From the NCBI GenBank assembly GCA_963845755.1, contig CAWJTV010000033.1, forward strand, positions 448,001 to 512,000: a stretch of DNA of 64,000 nucleotides, written 5' to 3'. Shown here piece after piece: positions 55,941 to 64,000 of this stretch; within the stretch, counting starts at the first letter, position 1; the number at the start of each line of letters is the position of its first letter. The translations under genes were made by a program, and so were the position numbers. Under the pieces are notes generated by a model. The model saw nothing but the letters and a program-made list of their open reading frames with translations. It had not been told where the DNA came from and searched no databases. This DNA comes from an uncultured Planctomycetota bacterium (GTDB lineage Bacteria; Planctomycetota; Planctomycetia; Isosphaerales; Isosphaeraceae).

Positions 55941-57470
55941 TCACGGAGGCGATTTCGAGTCGGACTCGCCCCCGCCGCGGAGAGCCGGGCCGGCGGAGTC
56001 CGGCCCCGCCGTGAACTCCTCAGGCGCGATCAACGGCCGGAGAATCCGCTCGCTCGGACCATCGATCAAGGCCCTCCGCATGGCGTCGTCGGCCAGGGCA
56101 TTGGCGATGGCCGCCATGATCATGCCCTGGTCCAGCAACAAGACGCGGTCGGCGACGAGCCCCGTGGAGACGTTCACCGAGTCCATGAAGCCGTAATCTC
56201 CATAAATCGGGAACGTCTCCTTGAGCTTCCGGAGATTCGCCATGGCCTCGCGCGGTGCGAATCGCAAGGCCAGGAATGAGGCGTGGGGCGTGACGATGCC
56301 GTTCGTGAACCGGCCCGTGGCCGCGGGCCGAGTGGGCTTGTTGGAGAGATCATCATTATTAGACCGATAACCCACCGGATCGGTGCCGATGGCATCGACT
56401 CCGTAGGTCTTGTATCCTCCCTCCGGATTGCAAGCGGGCGAGAAACCCCAGAAGCCGTATTTGGCCTCGTCCAGGCCGTGCTCGATCTGGGCCCGGACGT
56501 AAAGCGAGTGGTTGACGCCCCAGCTCCTCGGCGCCCACTGCTCTTCGGGCACGAAGAGCGCCACCATCAGGTCCTCGAACATGCTGCCGCCCCAGCTCGG
56601 CACGATCCGCATCCCCCGATACGTATAGTGCCCCTCGAAGACCGGGATGCCCAGGTAGGTCCGGATCGTCCCCTCGGGCTTCTGGCCTTGGTCCCCTTCA
56701 CCGGCCTTCAAGGTGCGTTCGAGGCGGTAATAATGCTCCGCCGGAATCTGACCGCGCACGATCCCGATGTAGCCGGCAATCCGCTGCTCGGTGTTGATGA
56801 TCCGGATGAAGCCACCGAACGTCTCAAGACCCACCTGATACGAGAGATGGAACTGGCCGGGATGGTGCTTGGGATCGGCTGCGTCGTAGGGCCCGTAGAA
56901 GAACCCGAAGTCCATGGGCTTCAGCAGGGCATCGGCCCGATCGCGGAGCGTCGGGCAAGAATTACGGACCATGATCAAGGCCGCCGCGAGCCAACCATTG
57001 TCCACGAGGGAGGCAACCGCCTGGATCGGCTTAGGATCACCGGGGAAGGCCTGGAGCCGTTTGCCCGTGCGGGCGTCCAGATCGTCGTAGAAGAATCCGT
57101 GGACCCGCTCCTGGCGTGCCAGGGCCACGAGGATCGGCTCCAGGCGGCGTTCTGCCGCATCCAGCCCGATGATCTTCAACCGTTCGGCGGCCAGGACGCT
57201 CCATAAGTAGGAGGCGACGTCCGGCGGCGAGGTCACGGCCGAAGACTCCCAGGTCCCATCGCGCCGGTGGAAGAGGCCATCGACCGGCAGCACGCCCCCC
57301 TCGCCCATGGCCACGACCGATTTCCAGGTCGCTCGGGCATAGCCGAGGAGGTCCTCCCGGTCGCGGGCGTCCAGGCCATCTCGATCGGCGGCGAAAGCCC
57401 CCGCGCCCATCACGAGGAAGGACCAGAGGGCCGCGGACAACAAGATCCTGATTCGTGGTTCCGTACTCAA
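55941..57470 (-). CDS. Exported 'glycoamylase'-domain (alpha/alpha)6 hydrolase, possible beta-1,2-glucan-active enzyme
   Basis: Signal peptide, HGFFY, VDNG, SWGGSMFE, WGFS, TPHASFLAL, YGFMDS and LDQGM. Confidence 0.78.
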   Translation of the reverse strand: MSTEPRIRILLSAALWSFLVMGAGAFAADRDGLDARDREDLLGYARATWKSVVAMGEGGVLPVDGLFHRRDGTWESSAVTSPPDVASYLWSVLAAERLKIIGLDAAERRLEPILVALARQERVHGFFYDDLDARTGKRLQAFPGDPKPIQAVASLVDNGWLAAALIMVRNSCPTLRDRADALLKPMDFGFFYGPYDAADPKHHPGQFHLSYQVGLETFGGFIRIINTEQRIAGYIGIVRGQIPAEHYYRLERTLKAGEGDQGQKPEGTIRTYLGIPVFEGHYTYRGMRIVPSWGGSMFEDLMVALFVPEEQWAPRSWGVNHSLYVRAQIEHGLDEAKYGFWGFSPACNPEGGYKTYGVDAIGTDPVGYRSNNDDLSNKPTRPAATGRFTNGIVTPHASFLALRFAPREAMANLRKLKETFPIYGDYGFMDSVNVSTGLVADRVLLLDQGMIMAAIANALADDAMRRALIDGPSERILRPLIAPEEFTAGPDSAGPALRGGGESDSKSPP

Positions 57471-57897
57471 GACGCGCTCCTGCGATTGAAAAGCGTTCGC
57501 GATGCCGGCACGAGACGATTCACAAACCTCATGCCAACGTAGTAGGAAGCGCGGTGAAACTCAAGGACGGATTCACACCCTGGACCGGATGCCGGATTCG
57601 TCTTGACTCCTCCGCGCGAGGTCGAGTCTTCCTCGGTCGGATTACCGCGTTGCGCACGAATGTTGAGGATGGAAGAGTTTTACGCGGAGGCGAATCGGAT
57701 TTGGGCCGAGGATCGCCCTCTCGGCGTCCTCTGCACCTCCGCGAGAGGCTCGGTTGCGTCTTCGCACGAGAGCCGGTCGTGGACGATCATGGACGCGTCT
57801 CACGCGGAATTCCGCCCATCGATCGGGCTTCCCCTCGGTCAACGACCCGAGGCTCGCCATGCCGTGCCCATCCGGGTCGACCTCGCAACACCGTTCC

Positions 57898-59526
57898 TCA
57901 ATTCAGCCCGCTGCTCGACCGGCCCTTGGGCCCGATCATGCCCCAGCGCACGGACATCCGGCCGTCGCTGCCGTCCTTCACGTTCAGGAATCGGCGCGTG
58001 TAACCCTCGGGCAGCGGTTCCGGCTCGCGCTTCGGCTGCGGGGCGCCCGGGTCGATCTTGAGGCGGAAGTCTTCGTCCGGGATCGGCTGATTGACGCGGG
58101 AATAAGAGAAGTTGATCGTGAAAGTGACGAAGAGCTGGGTAACGAGGAGGGTCTCGACGCGTGCCGGTAGGAACGTCTCGACGTCGATGGACCATTCGAG
58201 GATGGTACCGGGTAGGTTGCGCGCCAGGTCGTCCAGTTTCCAGGATCGGATACGATGGCAACGGCGTCCGCCCACGACTGTTTCGCCCAGGTATTGCAGC
58301 TTCCGGTCCCGGATGATCTGAATGGCGTCGGCCGGACCCTTGGCGTCGAAGGCATCGCAGAGCGCGACGTTCTTCTCGGCCACCGACTCGAAGGGGACGA
58401 GGGCCTGCTGGTCCTGCCCGCGCCACGAGCAGTTCACGCCATCGCTGCCGACCCGGAAGGGGATGCCCATGATCGCGTCGACCTCGGCGAAGAACTTCCG
58501 TTCGCCTTGCATCGCGAACCGTGAGCCTTGAACGTCATAGGACTGGTACCAATCCGGCGAGGCGAGACCGACGACGCTGGTCGTGACGACCTCTTCCGAG
58601 ACACTGCTCAATTTCCGCCGAGCTTCGCGGACTTTTTCGACCACCTGGCGCAAGACGTCCGATCGTCCCGCTCGCTCGATCTCCGCCAGCAACGACTCGT
58701 CGACGAGCCGGCTCCGGGTCCGATAGTTGAGCGCGATCGGTTCGGCCTCGACCCCGTCCTGACCGCGGAACTCCTTGAGCGGGACCTCGCCGTTCCAATC
58801 GGCGGGCAGGCTCAGCCGCATGGCAAACCGGTATTTCGCCGCGTCATAATCGGGCTGACCGATCAGGGTGAGCTGCCGGTCATGTCCACCGCGCGCTCGA
58901 TCGGCTTCAATCCATAGGCGGTCGGGTCCATCGGCCGGTCGAACGTCAGCTCCAGGAGGGTCAGTTGGGCGACCTCGGAATCGGGAGTGGGGCTCACGGA
59001 CACCAGCCGCGGCGGCGGCCCGTCCTTGGCGATCCGCTTCGCCGTCGTGAACGACCAAGAGAACGGCTCCGCCGCGACGTGCTCCGCCGATTCGAACCCC
59101 TGGAAAGCCCCCGCCTGGAAGACGTGCTTTTTCCCGGCCGTGACCTGATGCCTGGCACCCGGGGTGAGCTGCACGGGGATGATGAACTCGTGGGTGTCGG
59201 CCGAGTACCGCGCCTCGCCTCGGGGTCGGAAGCCGGCGTCGGACTTGATAAAGGCCCATTCGAGCACCATTCGGTTTGGCTCCATCGGCCGGTCGAACTG
59301 GATGCGAATCTCGGTGACCGGATCGACGTCGGTCGCGCCGTCGGCCGGTGTAACCTGCACGATCTTCGGCCGAGTGGTTCCGTCCCGAGGCGGGGCCGAT
59401 TCGCGCCCTCACCGCGAGTGGCCCTCCGGCCATGGGGTCCACGATCCACAGAACGCCCACCGCAGCGATCAGAGCGATCGCGATCATCGGCTTCCACGAG
59501 CGGATCGACAGGACGGGGAATCGCAT
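57898..59526 (-). CDS. Exported protein with two bacterial Ig-like domains and a LolA/DUF2092-like C-terminal domain (several frameshifts)
   Basis: VTPADGATDVDP..EIRIQFDRPM and VSPTPDSEV..ELTFDRPM, then YLGETVVGGRRCHRI...IDVETFLP...VNQPIPDEDF. Confidence 0.65.
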   Translation of the reverse strand: MRFPVLSIRSWKPMIAIALIAAVGVLWIVDPMAGGPLAVRARIGPASGRNHSAEDRAGYTGRRRDRRRSGHRDSHPVRPADGAKPNGARMGLYQVRRRLPTPRRGAVLGRHPRVHHPRAAHPGCQASGHGREKARLPGGGFPGVRIGGARRGGAVLLVVHDGEADRQGRAAAAAGVREPHSRFRGRPTDPPGADVRPADGPDRLWIEADRARGGHDRQLTLIGQPDYDAAKYRFAMRLSLPADWNGEVPLKEFRGQDGVEAEPIALNYRTRSRLVDESLLAEIERAGRSDVLRQVVEKVREARRKLSSVSEEVVTTSVVGLASPDWYQSYDVQGSRFAMQGERKFFAEVDAIMGIPFRVGSDGVNCSWRGQDQQALVPFESVAEKNVALCDAFDAKGPADAIQIIRDRKLQYLGETVVGGRRCHRIRSWKLDDLARNLPGTILEWSIDVETFLPARVETLLVTQLFVTFTINFSYSRVNQPIPDEDFRLKIDPGAPQPKREPEPLPEGYTRRFLNVKDGSDGRMSVRWGMIGPKGRSSSGLN

Positions 59527-59691
59527 GGCCAGAGGCTCCCAACGTCGTCTCAGGGTTACGATGCCGGTAACGAGTCCTTAGCTTTCGGAGAGACCCACCC
59601 TGATTATCGCGGCGCGGCCGGCGAGCGGAAAGCCCGCGGCGGCCAACGCTCAACGATGCGAACTGTCTCAACGCGGATGCGAAGTGGAACG

Positions 59692-59734
59692 CGTCGAACC
59701 TGAGTTCGACGGTCAAGGCGCGTTGGAGTAGAAT
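59692..59734 (+). promoter_or_regulatory. Palindromic operator over a putative promoter
   Basis: Perfect CGTCGAAC-CTGA-GTTCGACG at 59692-59711, followed by TAGAAT at 59729-59734. Confidence 0.45.
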
Positions 59735-59835
59735 AGCAGAAACGATCGGAATCCCAGAGTATCGGGTTTGGCGATGAATCGATCCTGATTGACCGAGAGA
59801 GACCCCATACCTGCCCGCGAAGGAGATCCTGGACC

Positions 59836-60384
59836 ATGGGAATGACTGGAACGAAGGCCAAGAGGACGAAGAAGACAGCCCCGTCCCCACGGAGTGGAGA
59901 CAGCCCCGATCCGCGCGTCTCCCGGGTCACGACCCTCTTCAAACACCTGGCCGATCCCATCACCTTGAAGATCCTCGCCCTGGTCAACGAAGCGAGCAAC
60001 GTCGCCCGGATCGCGGCCGCCGGCGCCCAGGACGAATCCGCCGTGAGGGACCAACTCGCGGTCCTCCACAACGATGGCCTCGTCTCGCTTCGCCGACAAG
60101 GGAAACAAGACCTGTACGTCCTCACCGCTCGGGGCCGGCGGGTGCTGGAGATGGTCCGGTGGTTGGTCTATGTCGAACAGCCCGCGGATGAAGAGCCGGT
60201 GACTACCGCCATCGACCCGGAATTGCTCAAAGATGTGGGCGGATTAGTCGATGATCCCGTGGGCTGGTTTCTCACGCGGAATCCTGAGTTTGAAGGGCGG
60301 CGGCCAATCGAGTTGCTTGGTACACCCGACGAAGAATGGTTGAGGAACCGCATCCTGGCGGCGAAGCTCGGGATGTTTTCATGA
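59836..60384 (+). CDS. Antitoxin-like protein: ArsR-type winged HTH plus Xre/MbcA/ParS-type C-terminal domain
   Basis: LFKHLADPITLKILALV...QLAVLHNDGLV..RRQGK...Y.LT..G, then W..TRNPEFEGRRPIELL......L......GMFS. Confidence 0.8.
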   Translation: MGMTGTKAKRTKKTAPSPRSGDSPDPRVSRVTTLFKHLADPITLKILALVNEASNVARIAAAGAQDESAVRDQLAVLHNDGLVSLRRQGKQDLYVLTARGRRVLEMVRWLVYVEQPADEEPVTTAIDPELLKDVGGLVDDPVGWFLTRNPEFEGRRPIELLGTPDEEWLRNRILAAKLGMFS

Positions 60385-60956
60385 ATCTCAGAGTGTGCAA
60401 ACGGCTCGCGTTGCAACCGATCAACGCCACCTGGTATCGGGCGATCGCGGCCGAACACTGGGAGACCGCGCTCCGGACCGACCAGACTCTCCATACCCCG
60501 TCCCGTTTCAATCCCGGCCACGCCGCCAAGACTCCCTTCGAGGTTTTCTACCTCGCGGAGAATCAATTCGTGGCCCTCTACGAGGTCGGAGCGATCTTCG
60601 GGCCGCCCGATCAGCCCGTCTCCCATCCGAGCAAGAGGAAAATGACACCCATCGACGTCAGCGTGCGCTTGTGGTCGGTCGCCGACCTCACCGATCCCAC
60701 GCAACAGGCGCTGCTCGAGACCTCCGCGCAAGAGCTGACGGGCCTTTGGAAACTCTATCCGCCCGGCGAAGCACCGACCCAGCGCTCGGGCGCCGCCCTC
60801 TTCGCGGCAGGGAATGTCGAAGGCTTCCTGGCGATCTCGACCAAGATGCACCAATGCAGGACGCTGATCGTCTTCCCGAAGAAGCTCCGCAAGGGGAGCG
60901 AGCTCGTATTCGAGGACATCATCACTCGCAGGACGCATCGGATCGCGTCGTCTTGA
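60381..60956 (+). CDS. RES-domain toxin-like protein
   Basis: ATGA overlap with the upstream gene. WYRA, SRFN, FYLAE...ALYE, VADLTD, PTQ and GFLAIS. Confidence 0.85.
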   Translation: MNLRVCKRLALQPINATWYRAIAAEHWETALRTDQTLHTPSRFNPGHAAKTPFEVFYLAENQFVALYEVGAIFGPPDQPVSHPSKRKMTPIDVSVRLWSVADLTDPTQQALLETSAQELTGLWKLYPPGEAPTQRSGAALFAAGNVEGFLAISTKMHQCRTLIVFPKKLRKGSELVFEDIITRRTHRIASS

Positions 60957-61033
60957 ATCGACAGGCAAGTGACTGAGGCAGCTTCCCCGGTATTTCGTCG
61001 CGAGCCCGGCGACTCCGAAGCTCACCGCGGACG

Positions 61034-61804
61034 CTACGCGAACTTGACCTCGACTTGGTACCAGGTCCCCGGCTTGAAGGGACGAGCGCCCGGATGATGG
61101 CTGAAGGCCGGCACGGGGCGACGCGCGCCGCCCAGGCGGATCCACGGACGGGACCAGTCGATGTCGCGCGTAGAGTTGGTCACGCTCTGCCCCGCCGTGT
61201 CCCGAAACTCGATAGTCAGCGTCCACCGCCGCACCTGGGTTCCAGAGAGGATCAGCGCGTCATGAGGCACGAAGAGTATCTGTTGCCGGGGCGTGTAGCC
61301 GGGACCGAGGCCGGCGTCCGGACGGAGGGAGCGAGGATGCCGCCCGCGCGTCGGGTGACGGGTCATGCAATAATGGCGGATGAGATCGGCCAGCATCGCG
61401 GTCCGGTGGTAGTCCTGCGAGGACGGGTTGAGCAGTTCATGGGGCCGATGGCCGAACGTCTGAAGGGCGACCGGATCTTCCACGTCAACGACCTGGGGAG
61501 CAATCCCCAGCGTGAAGCACCAGAGGAGATGATCGAGGGCGAGGGGGAGTTTCGGGGGATCGAGCGGGGAGGCGCTCAATGGTCCGCCACCGATGACCTT
61601 CTGGAGATTGACGGCACGATGGAACGCGTATTCCGCGATGCTGACCAGAGGGTCTTCGGCCGCGTAGACCGTCTTCTGATGGATGCGATTGTACCGGCCA
61701 CCGGCCGAGAAGTAGGCCCCGGCTCCAGATAGCACGCCCGGCCAGGGCAGACTTTGATCGGTCACACGATAGAGAAGCGTGCCGGGATTGAGGGTCTGGA
61801 GCAT
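61034..61804 (-). CDS. Second RES-domain protein with C-terminal extension (compensating frameshifts near 61300-61350)
   Basis: LYRV, GGRYN and VYAAED...IAE. GILAPSVR appears in the alternative frame near 61320-61345. Confidence 0.78.
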   Translation of the reverse strand: MLQTLNPGTLLYRVTDQSLPWPGVLSGAGAYFSAGGRYNRIHQKTVYAAEDPLVSIAEYAFHRAVNLQKVIGGGPLSASPLDPPKLPLALDHLLWCFTLGIAPQVVDVEDPVALQTFGHRPHELLNPSSQDYHRTAMLADLIRHYCMTRHPTRGRHPRSLRPDAGLGPGYTPRQQILFVPHDALILSGTQVRRWTLTIEFRDTAGQSVTNSTRDIDWSRPWIRLGGARRPVPAFSHHPGARPFKPGTWYQVEVKFA

Positions 61805-61828
61805 AAGGGGGAGGTCGCAGGGAAGAAC

Positions 61829-62323
61829 TCAGGTTTCGGGGCGATCGGCCTCAGCCTGGGATTCGACAAGGTAGCTGATGAGCGAGGTGAGCGCCTGGTC
61901 ACCTCCCTCATGGATGCGGCCGACCCAAACGTCGGACACCTTACCGTTCCGCCTGGCATGCAGACGCTTGATCGCACCCTCCTCGCCCGCCGCTTGGGAA
62001 GCTTCCCCTCGCCGGGTGGCTGCCGCCTTCCGGATGTTCCCCGCCAACGTGTGCCAATCATACTGGTACAACGAGAGGAGCAGCGACAACAACCCTTCGA
62101 GCCCGAGGGCGTTATCCGCCCACTCCGGGTCCTCGACGATCTCTTTCAGATCGTCGTCTTTCCGCAGCGCCGCCTCACGCACCGACAGGCCGATCATCCG
62201 GAGGAGACGGACCCGATCGATCCCGAGAGCCTGACCCCACCACTCGAGCTGCGCGGGAAGCTCTTTGGGATAGGACTTCGCGAAAGTCCTGGCCTGACGC
62301 GAGATTCTCTCGTAAACCGTCAT
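61829..62323 (-). CDS. Hypothetical helical protein upstream of RES gene 2 (candidate antitoxin)
   Basis: GGGGAG RBS before ATG 62323. HTH-like stretch (WWGQALGIDRVRLLRMIGLS). Co-oriented, ending 24 bp before RES-2. Confidence 0.65.
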   Translation of the reverse strand: MTVYERISRQARTFAKSYPKELPAQLEWWGQALGIDRVRLLRMIGLSVREAALRKDDDLKEIVEDPEWADNALGLEGLLSLLLSLYQYDWHTLAGNIRKAAATRRGEASQAAGEEGAIKRLHARRNGKVSDVWVGRIHEGGDQALTSLISYLVESQAEADRPET

Positions 62324-62522
62324 CGACACTCCCCGGTACGACCTCGAGCCGAGAATTGAACGCCCCCTTTCTCTGCTTCCGATTATCCGATCTTTCGCGG
62401 GGAAAAGCCATTTCAGCTCGCCCGACTCGCTCGGAGCCGGAACCCGTGAGATCGGCTCGGCGGCACGGGCGGGCCTGGGGTGGTCCGTCCGGTGAGTCGG
62501 GGGATAGGATGCGATCGGCGAC

Positions 62523-64000
62523 TCAGTGCGCGAACGGATCGGCCGGGAAGACCGGGTCGTAGAGGATCACCGCCTCGGCCTCGCTGCGGAGGAGGCGGAT
62601 TTCCAATTCCTCCCAGAACTGATTGGGATCGGTGCTCGGCTGGCGGTTGCGGAGCCGGTCGAGCCAGCGGCGAGCCTCGTCGCGATGGCCGAGGCGGTGG
62701 TGAGCCATCGCCAGGAAGGGCCAGTCGAGGGGTTCTTCTGCCCCGTTACCGTGCCTTGATTCCTTCCTCCAGGCGCCGGATCGCGTCTTCGAACCGCCCG
62801 CAGCGGTAGAGGGCGGCGCCGAGCGTGTTCAGGGCGAGATGCTTCTGATCGGCAGTGAAGCCGTTCACGGCGAACTCGGCAAGTCGCACAGAGGCCATTG
62901 GGGTCGGCGACCGAGTCCGGGGCCAGCGCCAATGACCAGGCGACAATGTTGGCGATGTAGAGCGTTCGGTCGAGTCTCGTTGGTAATCGGTCGAGAGATC
63001 GGAGCGGGCCTGCTGCGACGCATCGTGATCTCGCGACTGCGAGAGATGTCACCGATCTGGTGACAGCGGGTCTTGATAATGGCTCCGGCCTGGAACTGAA
63101 GGCACCACGGTAGGCGGCTGTGGCACGTCCCCATTGCCTCCAGCCTGGCAAGATGTTCGCACGCGGGCAAACAACAGCCTCGCTGGAACGCTCGACTGCA
63201 TTGGCAGGGACAGGGCGACAGACGCGATCGAAAACCGTATCATTGGCGACGATGTCGGCGAGAAGATTCGATTCCGGGATCCTCGAGAGCCAGAGCCCGG
63301 GCGAAGTCGGCTGCGGCTTTCTCTGGTTCCGAGCGCACGACGTAAAACCTCCCGCGTTCGAGTCCAGGCCGATGCTCCGGAGTGGCCGGGCGCGAATGAC
63401 CTCGGCGAACGCAGCCTCGGCCTCGACCCAGCATTTGCGTTCGATCCAGGCTCGGGCGCGGGCGGTCGGGTCGGGACCGTAGAGAATGGGGTCGAAGAGC
63501 CACCCGGAATCCGTCTTCGGTGGCCCACCGAGTTGGCGGAGCCTTTCGCGTCGTTCCTGCCAGGCCTCGGTTTCGAGAGCATTGATATTTCCCTCGTCAT
63601 CGACTACCAGACCGGTCATCGTTTCAACCCAGAAACTTGATGCGGGGAAGATCGTTATCCACTAGAGCGGGGAGATGCCAGATCCGTGCCGTGCCCTGGG
63701 CGTCAATTACGCCTGCCGAGTACGCTAGCGTCGCTACTCGCGGTGACGATAGTCTTGCCGTCTGGGCTAAATGCCGCGGAAATGAGCGAAGCCTTCTTGC
63801 TCCAGAGGCGGGCCGATCGGCTGACCGGTGGCAGCATCCCACAGCCGCGCGCTATTATCTGGAGCCGCAGGTCAGGAGAATCTTCATATCAGGGCTGGAT
63901 GCCCAGACGCCTGACGTCATGCTGGACAGAACGGCTTGCCGATCGGTTGACCGGATGCGGCATCCCACAGCCTCGTCGTACTGTTGGTCCTGGTGAGGAA
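62523..64000 (-). CDS. 3' part of a WD40/TPR-repeat protein (typical kinase tail), heavily frameshifted
   Basis: Fragments GTARIWHLP, WVEAEAAFAEVIRARP, LNTLGAALYRCGRFEDAI and MAHHRLGHRDEARRWL in different frames. Confidence 0.7.

Noticed and set aside
62700..64000. Novel small ORFs or a foreign island at the right end
   Set aside because: The fragments join into one WD40/TPR protein that becomes more garbled toward the edge, consistent with low-coverage consensus or decay.

Overview
GC-rich bacterial DNA, most likely from a Planctomycete of the Isosphaeraceae type. This is inferred from the DUF1559 prepilin-like gene, two ECF-sigma/Ser-Thr kinase pairs, a BlaI/M56 pair and a stand-alone rpsR. 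It holds about 45 genes: housekeeping (hisF, nadB, ahcY, rpsR, rplM-rpsI), type IV pilus ATPases, a split sugar ABC operon, three glycoside hydrolases, a giant Q/N/P-repeat protein and three toxin-antitoxin-like modules. Around 20 single-base frameshifts, including in rplM and hisF, point to uncorrected long-read errors rather than real pseudogenes. Main observations: (1) three different 126-147 bp MITE-like elements each carry a pair of the same 29-bp imperfect palindrome, and one of them interrupts a vapC toxin gene; (2) two convergent RES-domain toxin modules have non-canonical partner genes; (3) an orphan prolyl-carrier-protein-dehydrogenase-like gene, flanked by REP hairpins, sits inside an ABC operon; (4) +1 insertions recur at TCGA sites, possibly reflecting DNA methylation. 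No rRNA, tRNA or CRISPR array was seen. All family calls come from motif recognition; no database search was run.
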